DNA of 24,000 nt from an uncultured Phycisphaerae bacterium (GTDB lineage: Bacteria; Planctomycetota; Phycisphaerae; Sedimentisphaerales; Anaerohalosphaeraceae). A program made the position numbers and the translations under genes. A model generated the notes under the pieces. That model ran no database searches. It was not told the DNA's origin and saw nothing but the letters and a program-made list of their open reading frames with translations. This document shows, in pieces, positions 8,364 to 18,240 of this stretch (position 1 is the stretch's first letter; every line of letters begins with the position of its first letter). Where the stretch lies: positions 53,503 to 77,502 of the forward strand of contig CALEDR010000038.1 of NCBI GenBank assembly GCA_937949545.1, read 5' to 3'.

Positions 8364-9067
8364 AACTCAAAGTATTTAAGCAGGAATCTCTGGAACAGCT
8401 AAAAAGGGATGCTTCAAAACAAATCGATTTGTATCAGAGGACGACACCTTGGCTTAATGAATATTTTCGAGGCGGAGCCTATTACTGTGAGACTCAGATT
8501 AATCTGCCCGACAACCTTTCTCTTCTGACTGAAGGTGAACCATCCGATACGGACAAGGAGAATTCGAAGCGAATATATGAAGCATTCAGGGGCAGGATCA
8601 ACCCGGTGCAAGCCGCCGAGGAGCGATTATGGACATATCTTTGTCATGAAACATTTTGGGACTACATGATTTGGCGATGGCCTCCCAAGAAAGAAGGAAC
8701 CATTATCAGCAGATATTTTTTTGACGGCGAAAGCAGCAGAGCATTAAGCAGAAACGGCATCTCTCGCCTTTGGTGGTTTGCTCATTTAACATATGATGAA
8801 AGCAGAAATGACCCATATGAACTGACAAATATCCTGCTTTACTCGCAGGATATTCAGCATAATCTGCTTGAAAGAAATTTCGGCAGGAACAGAACCATTC
8901 TTCATACCGTGCTTGATTTTTTAAGAGTGCACCCTGAAATAAAAGGCAAAGAGCAATACGTTAAAATTGTAAAGACCTTAAACCGTCTGGGCGGAGTCAG
9001 GCTTTTAGATGCGTTGGGACCTGAAAGAATCAAAGAGTATATTGAATCGAAAATACTGAATCGATAA
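8360..9067 (+). CDS. Hypothetical protein (orphan, operon partner C; Trp-rich helical)
   Basis: 235-aa ORF. Its start overlaps the upstream stop (ATGA at 8360-8363). Trp-rich segments ERLWTYLCHETFWDYMIWRWP and ISRLWWFAHLTYDE. I cannot assign a family with confidence. Confidence 0.7.
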   Translation: MKLKVFKQESLEQLKRDASKQIDLYQRTTPWLNEYFRGGAYYCETQINLPDNLSLLTEGEPSDTDKENSKRIYEAFRGRINPVQAAEERLWTYLCHETFWDYMIWRWPPKKEGTIISRYFFDGESSRALSRNGISRLWWFAHLTYDESRNDPYELTNILLYSQDIQHNLLERNFGRNRTILHTVLDFLRVHPEIKGKEQYVKIVKTLNRLGGVRLLDALGPERIKEYIESKILNR

Positions 9068-9073
9068 AAATAC

Positions 9074-9484
9074 ATGGCTGACCATTTAACAAAGGAGAAG
9101 CGAAGCTGGAATATGTCGAGAATCCGAAGCCGGGATACGGCACCGGAAAAGGCGGTAAGGTCGCTTCTTCATTGTCTGGGGTATCGGTTTCGGATATATC
9201 GGAAAGATCTGCCGGGCAAGCCGGACATTGTTCTTGCCAAATACAAAACGGTTATTTTTGTCCACGGCTGTTTTTGGCACCGTCACAAAGGGTGCCAACG
9301 ATGCACAACCCCATCCGCCAATCAGGAATACTGGCTTGCCAAATTTGAAAAAAACATTTCAAAGGATAAAAAAAATAAAACGCTTTTAAGGCGTTTGGGC
9401 TGGAAAGCCATTACTGTCTGGGAATGTGAAATAAAAAAACCGGATAAGCTGACCCAGCGGCTTGTCAGATTAATCGGGAATTGA
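9074..9484 (+). CDS. vsr: Very short patch repair endonuclease (T:G mismatch nicking)
   Basis: 136 aa with typical Vsr sequence: KRSWNMSRIRSRDTAPEK, PGKPDIVLAKYKTVIFVHGCFWHRH, and WLAKFEKNISKDKKNKTLLRRLGWKAITVWECE. It starts 6 nt after the stop of gene C. Confidence 0.92.
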   Translation: MADHLTKEKRSWNMSRIRSRDTAPEKAVRSLLHCLGYRFRIYRKDLPGKPDIVLAKYKTVIFVHGCFWHRHKGCQRCTTPSANQEYWLAKFEKNISKDKKNKTLLRRLGWKAITVWECEIKKPDKLTQRLVRLIGN

Positions 9485-10660
9485 ATAATTTGCTTCGACC
9501 GAAGGGTAATCAATTCTTGCAAATGTCTTTAACACAGCCTCAAAAATAATTTTGGCTCCCTGCGGCGGTACTGCCATTCCTATCTGCTTTCTGATTTGTT
9601 CCTTGGAGCCGTAAAAGATGAAGTCATCAGGAAACGTCTGGATTCTTGCACGCTCCCGGTTTGTCAGACACCGATGCTCCTTCCAGTGATAAACATGGGT
9701 TCCGCCGCCCCCGCTGCCGGTAATTGTATAGGACGGCAGATGGGGCTGCAGCCGTCGGTAAATATGACTCATGCGGGCTTTTGTGCAGCGAAGACGGGCA
9801 TTATCAATTCTGCGGCAGATTTCCTCATCTGTCAGGCCGGCCAGCTCATCTTCATACCAGGGCAGATTTCTGATTATTTCCTGCCTTTCCGGAGGAGGCA
9901 TTCTTAGAAGTTCATCTAAAAACCATGCATTTTGACCCGGCGGTGTGAATAAAAGACGCTCGACAACACGAGGATTCTGGCGAGTTAATTCTGAATTGGC
10001 AGCATCTTTGGGGATTTTTGATAAGGCAGCCTGCACAGAGACATACGGAATCTTTTCTGGACCGTGAGTAGGAGCCGGCACCTTAAAATGCAGATGTTTA
10101 TCTTTTCTGATGCCGACAACAATAAATCTGTGTCGATACTGAGGAATCCCATATTCTTCAAAACGGTATAAATGGGCTGTCAAATTATAACCGTGTCTGC
10201 CTGCTGACCGCATTTCTTTCAAAATCAGCTCGAATGCTTTCCCTTCGTCCGAAGAGTGGATCCCTCCTACATTTTCTGCGATAAACCAAACAGGATTCAT
10301 CTGATTCAGAGCTTCAATTCCTGCCTTATACAGTTTGCCGTATTGCCCGTTTACACCTTTTCTCTTCCCTACGAGGCTGAAATCGTTACAGGGAAAACCG
10401 AATGCCAGTGCAGTTATCCTCGGGTAAGAAAAAATTTCCTCCCGGCAAAACACTTCTGCATCCTGACATACAGCTTTGCTACCGTACTTCTCTGCAAGAT
10501 TGCGTCTATATGTTTCGACGGCATCTGGGGCCTTGTCAACTCCCCATACAAGCGAGATAGAGAAACCCTCTCCCTTCGATGAAACAGCCGGCGAAGCCAG
10601 TGCTGCTCCTAAAGCCAAGCCTCCAGGTCCGCAAAACAGTTCACCTAATTTAAATATCAT
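9470..10660 (-). CDS. dcm: DNA (cytosine-5)-methyltransferase
   Basis: 396 aa with the C5-MTase motifs in canonical order. Motif I is ELFCGPGG, IV is GFPCNDFS, VI is IAENVGG and VIII is PQYRHRFIVVG. Motif IX is RERARIQTFPDDFIF and X is QIGMAVPP. The 3-prime end overlaps vsr by 15 nt (convergent). Confidence 0.93.
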   Translation of the reverse strand: MIFKLGELFCGPGGLALGAALASPAVSSKGEGFSISLVWGVDKAPDAVETYRRNLAEKYGSKAVCQDAEVFCREEIFSYPRITALAFGFPCNDFSLVGKRKGVNGQYGKLYKAGIEALNQMNPVWFIAENVGGIHSSDEGKAFELILKEMRSAGRHGYNLTAHLYRFEEYGIPQYRHRFIVVGIRKDKHLHFKVPAPTHGPEKIPYVSVQAALSKIPKDAANSELTRQNPRVVERLLFTPPGQNAWFLDELLRMPPPERQEIIRNLPWYEDELAGLTDEEICRRIDNARLRCTKARMSHIYRRLQPHLPSYTITGSGGGGTHVYHWKEHRCLTNRERARIQTFPDDFIFYGSKEQIRKQIGMAVPPQGAKIIFEAVLKTFARIDYPSVEANYSIPD

Positions 10661-10688
10661 AAAAGATTAAAAATCATCAAAAGAGTTT

Positions 10689-10716
10689 TTGTAAAAACAG
10701 CCAGCCTATGTATAAT
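10689..10716 (+). promoter_or_regulatory. Sigma70-like promoter for the small ORF
   Basis: TTGTAA (10689-10694), 16-nt spacer, TATAAT (10711-10716). It lies about 40 nt upstream of the AGGAG SD (10751-10755). It overlaps the inverted repeat GTTTTT-gt-AAAAAC (10685-10698). Confidence 0.45.
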
Positions 10717-10755
10717 CTACAGTAAATACAAATCAAGCCTTTTCTGCATAAGGAG

Positions 10756-10959
10756 ATGATGATGGATTACGAAATTGCGGAACAAGCCGCAAAAATATTT
10801 GGCGGGGAGGCGTGGGATTCCGGGGGCGGAATTTGCCTAATCTGCATTCCTCAAAGTAACGGTCGGCTGGTTGTCATATCTGATGAGGCAGTCTGCGAAT
10901 ATAACAGCGAAGAGGACTTCGAAAAGAATCTTGCAAGCAAATCTATTCTTCTGCATTAA
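10756..10959 (+). CDS. Small acidic hypothetical protein (65-67 aa)
   Basis: AGGAG SD directly before three consecutive ATGs (10756, 10759, 10762). AT-rich like the island. No motif recognised; it does not look like an HTH protein. Confidence 0.5.
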   Translation: MMMDYEIAEQAAKIFGGEAWDSGGGICLICIPQSNGRLVVISDEAVCEYNSEEDFEKNLASKSILLH

Positions 10960-10997
10960 TTTTGCAGCGAGTTTAACAAGAAGGAAGTTTTTCCTCT

Positions 10998-11642
10998 TCA
11001 GCAGGGCAGGCATTTGGGTTTGAGGTCGGCGGCGTTGCGGTGGGCCAGGACGGCGGCACGGAGTCCGGCCGCGGTGGCCGCGAGGGTTTCCATCTGCTCA
11101 GGCCGGATGGGATTGTCGGCGGCTCGCCAAAGCAGCACAAACCCGACGGCACAGCCGAGCACCCCCAGCGGAACAGCCGACAGCGAAACCTGTTTGAGCA
11201 CACCGGGCGGTGCCTGCATCCCCAGCGCCAAGAGACGATTGGCCGAACAGACACGGCCCGCCAGCGCAACAGCCGACGCCGTCTCGACGGGAAACCACTG
11301 CTGAAGCTCGTCGCGTCCGACGGCGAAAGTCCCCTGCGGGGCGGCGGCAATATGGATATCGAACCCCCCTTTTTCGAGCAGAAACACAGCCACTCCCGCA
11401 TCCGGAATGCGCGAACGAATGGACTGGGCGGCCTTGTCGAGCAGGGTTTCGAGCGTGCCGCAGCTCAAAAGCGTTTCATAAAAGCCGGCCACGAAGGTCA
11501 GCCGGGAAAGTTTTTGGGCGAATTGGCCGTGGGCGGCTACCATATCCTGACAGAGGATTTCTATCTGCTGATTGAGTCGGCGCTGGCGGGAGCGAAGGGC
11601 TCGAATGACGGCCAGCGCACGCTGATTTCGACGTTGTGCCAA
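10998..11642 (-). CDS. Hypothetical protein, possibly GAF-like sensor domain with N-terminal coiled coil
   Basis: 214-aa high-GC ORF with a TTG start in the track, so the start is uncertain. No shadow partner explains it better. The GAF-like call is only an impression from the alternating hydrophobic pattern. Confidence 0.45.
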   Translation of the reverse strand: MAQRRNQRALAVIRALRSRQRRLNQQIEILCQDMVAAHGQFAQKLSRLTFVAGFYETLLSCGTLETLLDKAAQSIRSRIPDAGVAVFLLEKGGFDIHIAAAPQGTFAVGRDELQQWFPVETASAVALAGRVCSANRLLALGMQAPPGVLKQVSLSAVPLGVLGCAVGFVLLWRAADNPIRPEQMETLAATAAGLRAAVLAHRNAADLKPKCLPC

Positions 11643-11711
11643 GCGAGTTCTCCTGCAAAACCTTCTACAATTTACCTATACCGTCATCGGCGTTTAAACA
11701 GGCCGGCTTAA

Positions 11712-14518
<2,807 letters not shown>

Positions 14519-14859
14519 CGATTCAAAACTCACAACATCCTGTGGAAACCTTCCCACGAGACATCATACCCCAGGAAAATTTTTTCAAAAACAAAAAATT
14601 TTTCTAAATAAAACAAGCCGCTCTTTCTCAGAGCATATCCGAAAAGAGTCCCGAAGAGCCTCGGCGGAGGAGCTTTTTCAAACTCTCCTTTCTGTTGGGT
14701 CGAAAGAAGGGTTTTGATGCATTTTAGGAAATGTGCTTTTTGGATAAAAGCGGCCGGATGGATGCAGTTCGCTGAGAAAACAAACAGCGTTTTGCACGGG
14801 TTGGGAAGAGGAACGGACCGTTAAAACGTCTTATCTCTGACGAAAAAAATGAAGGAAGA

Positions 14860-14889
14860 TTGAACTTTTTGTCGATAATTCTGTATAAT
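14860..14889 (+). promoter_or_regulatory. Sigma70-like promoter of the Lys-rich mini-gene
   Basis: TTGAAC (14860-14865), 18-nt spacer, TATAAT (14884-14889), with TG immediately upstream of the -10 hexamer. Confidence 0.5.
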
Positions 14890-14975
14890 CAGCATCGATG
14901 AAATGCTCTTTGGCAAAGCCAAGACGGCAAAGGAAAAGAAAAGTACAGACCAATCCGAAAGGAGGTGACTGAAGA

Positions 14976-15047
14976 ATGGCAAAGAAAGCCGCAAAGAAAG
15001 CCGCCAAGAAAACAGCCAAGAAGAAAGTCGCCAAGAAGAAAAAATAA
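14976..15047 (+). CDS. 23-aa Lys/Ala-rich basic mini-protein (MAKKAAKKAAKKTAKKKVAKKKK)
   Basis: Not in the ORF track because it is under 60 aa. GGAGGTG SD (14961-14967) lies 8 nt before the ATG. It ends at TAA 15045-15047. A strong intrinsic terminator follows 24 nt later and a consensus-like promoter lies about 90 nt upstream. Confidence 0.6.
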   Translation: MAKKAAKKAAKKTAKKKVAKKKK

Positions 15048-15070
15048 CACCCACACAACGGTGGCGCACA

Positions 15071-15112
15071 AAGAGGGTTTTGCAGGAACTGCAAAATCCT
15101 CTTTTGTTTGTT
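15071..15112 (+). terminator. Rho-independent terminator
   Basis: 14-bp stem AGAGGGTTTTGCAG (15072-15085) pairs with CTGCAAAATCCTCT (15089-15102), including one G-U pair. The loop is GAA. It is followed by TTTGTTTGTT. Confidence 0.75.
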
Positions 15113-15199
15113 CCTGCTTGATTCTTTTGACCGTCTCGTAAAAAACCCGATACAATTGCGCCGCTGGGATGCGCTTTATAAGTCCTTGTTTATAATAGA

Positions 15200-15763
15200 T
15201 TAATAGATGGTTCCGCCTCGCTCTGCATAGGTTTGAATCACACCGGCGGCTTCCGAACGCAGCAGGTCTGTTCGGACGTCAATCCCTCTTTTTTGAAGGG
15301 CCTCTATCCAATCCGAGGGTTTGTGTCCCTCGTCAAATCCGACCTGCCGTGCATCTTCCTCACGAGCGGCACAGATCAGAGCCGACATGCCTGACCAGGG
15401 AATTGCTCCCAAACACATCGCACAGGGCTGGCAGGAGGAATACAATTCATAACGTCCGCTTAAATGAGAGGAAAGACGGTGTTTGCCGAGAGTCTTCTGG
15501 GCCAGGGAAAGGGCCGTAATTTCCGCATGGGCGATACTCAGACCGGAGTATACAACCAGATTGGCGCTCGCAGCAATCAATCGGCCGCTGTTCTCTTCAA
15601 AAACGGCTGCGGCAAACGGTCCGCCGGTGCCGTGTTCGATGTTCCTTCGGGATAGGCCGATTACCCATTTCATTTTCTCTTCGGCAGAAGGGAATGACTG
15701 CTTGAAGGAGCGCAGGAGGTCCTGCAGCCACGGCGGCAGGCTGACGGAAAATACCGTTTCCAT
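15200..15763 (-). CDS. Zinc-dependent nucleoside/nucleotide deaminase (CDA fold; guanine/cytosine deaminase-like)
   Basis: The track ORF extends to 15976; the ATG at 15763 (METVFSVSLPPW) leaves a sensible divergent intergenic region. Motifs HAE (SIAHAEITAL) and PCxxC (CQPCAMCLGAI). Confidence 0.8.
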   Translation of the reverse strand: METVFSVSLPPWLQDLLRSFKQSFPSAEEKMKWVIGLSRRNIEHGTGGPFAAAVFEENSGRLIAASANLVVYSGLSIAHAEITALSLAQKTLGKHRLSSHLSGRYELYSSCQPCAMCLGAIPWSGMSALICAAREEDARQVGFDEGHKPSDWIEALQKRGIDVRTDLLRSEAAGVIQTYAERGGTIY

Positions 15764-15898
15764 TTGTCTTGTCCTTTCTCTCGGCTGGGCCGAAGCGATC
15801 TGTTTTTGCTTGCTTTTATACCTGGAGGTGATAGGTTTTTTTATCTGAAAAGGCTTTTGACGAAATCGCAAGATTTTTTTGATTCCGCCAGGCGAACC

Positions 15899-16753
15899 AT
15901 GACGATACAGGAACAATTCCGAACAGCGACCTGTCAGTTTCCGGTGTGTTCTGACGTTGCGGCAAATGCAGAACACATCCGCTCACTGATAAAGCAAGCC
16001 GCCCGGGAAGGGGCGGATGTTGTTCATTTTTCCGAATGTGCTCTCAGCGGATATGCGAGCGTGGATTTTGAGACGTTTGACGGCTACGACTGGGATCTGC
16101 TCAGAAAGGAGACTTTGGCCATTGCGGCGCTGGCGGCGGAGGTGCGGATTTGGGTGGTTTTGGGGTCGAGTCATCGGCTTACCGCTCCCCATAAACCGCA
16201 CAATAGTCTTTATTTGATCAGTCCGGAAGGGAAGATTGTCGACCGTTATGACAAACGGTTTTGCACCGAGTGGGACCTGAAACACTATACGCCGGGCAAT
16301 CATTTTGTCTATTTTAACATTCGCGGGATAAAATGCTCTTTGCTGATTTGTTTTGACCTTCGGTTTCCGGAACTGTACCGGGCGTTGTATAAAGAGGGAG
16401 TCAAAGTGATTTTTCAATCTTTCTATAATGCCCGCCAGCAGGGTCCGAGCATTCATTCGGAGATTATGCGTCAAACGATGCAGGCCAATGCCGCCGATAA
16501 CGGATTCTGGGTGAGCATGTCCAATTCCTGCGGCTGGTATTGTCCGTATCCGTCCTGCTTTATCCAGCCGGACGGTCGAATCATTGCTCAATGTCCGGAG
16601 CATCAGGAGGGGATGATTATCAATACAGTGGATTGGGGTCAGACGTTTTATGACCCGTCCGGGCCGTTCCGGGATTTGGCGGTTCGGGGGATTCTGACCA
16701 ATGGTCCGGAGGAGATTGCTGATGAACGGTCTCGAAATCGAACCTGTTTATGA
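15899..16753 (+). CDS. Carbon-nitrogen hydrolase (nitrilase-superfamily amidohydrolase)
   Basis: Start trimmed to the ATG at 15899 (MTIQEQFR). The E-K-C triad contexts are HFSECALSGY, RYDKRFC and LLICFDLRFPELY. Confidence 0.8.
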   Translation: MTIQEQFRTATCQFPVCSDVAANAEHIRSLIKQAAREGADVVHFSECALSGYASVDFETFDGYDWDLLRKETLAIAALAAEVRIWVVLGSSHRLTAPHKPHNSLYLISPEGKIVDRYDKRFCTEWDLKHYTPGNHFVYFNIRGIKCSLLICFDLRFPELYRALYKEGVKVIFQSFYNARQQGPSIHSEIMRQTMQANAADNGFWVSMSNSCGWYCPYPSCFIQPDGRIIAQCPEHQEGMIINTVDWGQTFYDPSGPFRDLAVRGILTNGPEEIADERSRNRTCL

Positions 16754-17941
16754 AGGGCTGCGGTGAAGCTGGCGGTATTTGTGGGGAAGCATTCCGGTGA
16801 TTTCCAGAAATGCCCGCCGCATATTGGAGGTGTAGTGAAAACCGGAGCGAATCGCAACCGTCTCAATCGGCAGATTGGTCTCGACCAGCAGCGTGCGGGC
16901 CAGTTCAAAATGTGCCCGGATGATTTCATCATGGATAGACCGCCCCAGGGCCCGCTGAAACTTCATCTGCAGCGTCCGCTTGCTCAGGCAAAGCTGCTCG
17001 GCGATGTCATCCACCTGCAGCGGCTGCGACGCATGGCTTCGGATGTACCGCAGCGCCTTGATGAGTTCCTCATCCTCCAGCGCATACATATCGGTCGAAC
17101 CGCGCTCCCGCACACCCGCCGGCTGAATGCGTATCCATTGTCCCCGCATCCGCTCTTTCCCGCGGATGATGTCATCCATCAGCCGGGCCGCCTCATATCC
17201 GGCCGTCTTGAAGTTAAACGCGATGCTCGACAGCGGCGGGCTGCACAGACTGCAGATGGCTTGGTCATCATCCACCCCCAGCAATGCGATTTCCTCCGGA
17301 ATCCGCAGCCCCGCCTCCGCCGCTACATTGTTCAGATGGCAGGCCAGCACATCATTGCTAACCAGGACGGCGATGGGCTTCGGAAGCTGTTTGAGCCAGT
17401 CGATCAGGGGCTGCTGGCCTTTCTGAAGGATGGTATCAATCCACAGTTTGGCCGCGGGCACCGATTCGCTCCGAATCGGACACGGACTGCTTTGGAAGGT
17501 ATGAAGTGTTCCCCCATCCCGCTCGACACACCGCCGGAACGATTCCATCCTTTCCATAGACCAGCGGGCCTCACTGATTCCAAAAAAGGCAAACTGGGTA
17601 AACTTTTTGCCCTTGAAATAGTCATAAGCCGTCTGAGCTATCTGGTCCGGGTCGGCGCTGATATACGGAATCGAGAGCAGATTTTGAAGGGCCGAGAATG
17701 CGATAACCGGCATCTTGATTTTGAGGATTTGCTGGGCCATCATCGAGGTTTGGATATTGGCAAAAGTTCCCCGACAGCCGCGTTCTTTCAAAAATTCGAT
17801 AGATTCAAAAGACGAGTCTGCCCAGATTATCAAATCCCAATCCCCTTTGTCCCGAATGTACTCTGTGATACCGGACAGAATGCCTTGGGTGTTGTGAGTA
17901 ATATTGGTGTAGGCAAAAGCAATTTTGACTTTTGGTTTCAT
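16748..17941 (-). CDS. XylR-like transcriptional regulator (periplasmic-binding-protein-like sugar sensor plus AraC-type HTH)
   Basis: Start trimmed to the ATG at 17941 (MKPKVKIAFAY). The N-terminal domain is LacI/PBP-like. The C-terminal AraC HTH is ALRYIRSHASQPLQVDDIAEQLCLSKRTLQMKF...IRSGFHYTSNMRRAF. It overlaps the CN-hydrolase 3-prime end by 6 nt. Confidence 0.8.
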   Translation of the reverse strand: MKPKVKIAFAYTNITHNTQGILSGITEYIRDKGDWDLIIWADSSFESIEFLKERGCRGTFANIQTSMMAQQILKIKMPVIAFSALQNLLSIPYISADPDQIAQTAYDYFKGKKFTQFAFFGISEARWSMERMESFRRCVERDGGTLHTFQSSPCPIRSESVPAAKLWIDTILQKGQQPLIDWLKQLPKPIAVLVSNDVLACHLNNVAAEAGLRIPEEIALLGVDDDQAICSLCSPPLSSIAFNFKTAGYEAARLMDDIIRGKERMRGQWIRIQPAGVRERGSTDMYALEDEELIKALRYIRSHASQPLQVDDIAEQLCLSKRTLQMKFQRALGRSIHDEIIRAHFELARTLLVETNLPIETVAIRSGFHYTSNMRRAFLEITGMLPHKYRQLHRSPS

Positions 17942-18240
17942 TTTGCCGCTGACAATATTTATTTTTGCGCAAAATAAATGTCCGATAGACAGAATATACG
18001 TTTGGACTCTGAGAAAGTCAAGGAGAAAGCCGGCGATTTCCGATGAATAAAATCCTGAAAAGATGGGCAAAAGCAGTCTTTTCTCTCTTATCTCTATGAA
18101 ATACAAGCCGTTGCGCAAAATTATCTTTTTTTAAGCGCGAGATTGCCTTGTTCATCCTTGCTCCAAAATCGAAAATGAAACTGTCAGGCGGAAAGTATGA
18201 AATGAAAGTTTCAAAACTTGCGGGAAAAAAGGGGATGATT

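Larger units (their letters stand above)
5541..10997. other. AT-rich, probably horizontally acquired island (no integrase, transposase or tRNA visible)
   Basis: Hand counts of 60-nt lines: 6421-6480 = 20/60 GC, 8281-8340 = 23/60, 10081-10140 = 21/60. The ligA line 12241-12300 gives 36/60. Codons inside the island mostly end in A or T. The flanks are core genes. Confidence 0.7.

Noticed and set aside
5615-10985. Possible att-like direct repeats flanking the island (TTTACAAGA near 5621 versus TTTAACAAGA near 10972)
   Set aside because: The match is only about 9 nt, imperfect and in AT-rich sequence, so it is indistinguishable from chance. No integrase supports it.
14575-14606. AT-rich imperfect palindrome GAAAATTTTTT-caaaaac-AAAAAATTTTTC upstream of nadD
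   Set aside because: It is low-complexity A/T sequence with a mismatch or bulge. It may be promoter UP-element-like DNA, but no specific function can be supported.
14821-15155. Three overlapping minus-strand ORFs (82-88 aa) in the nadD-deaminase gap
   Set aside because: They are reverse-complement artefacts of the AAG/AAA/GCC-rich mini-gene (Phe/Leu-rich translations). They lack an RBS, and the plus strand has a full promoter-SD-terminator set.
16763-17977. 404-aa plus-strand ORF opposite the XylR-like regulator
   Set aside because: The minus-strand frame carries clear PBP-like and AraC HTH sequence. The plus-strand product is low-complexity and Arg/Gln/Pro-rich, so it is a shadow ORF.
18176-18213. 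Inverted repeat TGAAACT-N24-AGTTTCA between the XylR-like regulator and the DUF1559 gene, as a possible operator
   Set aside because: The 7-bp arms sit in an A/T-rich intergenic region and could easily arise by chance. AraC-type regulators usually use direct repeats. No second supporting site was seen.
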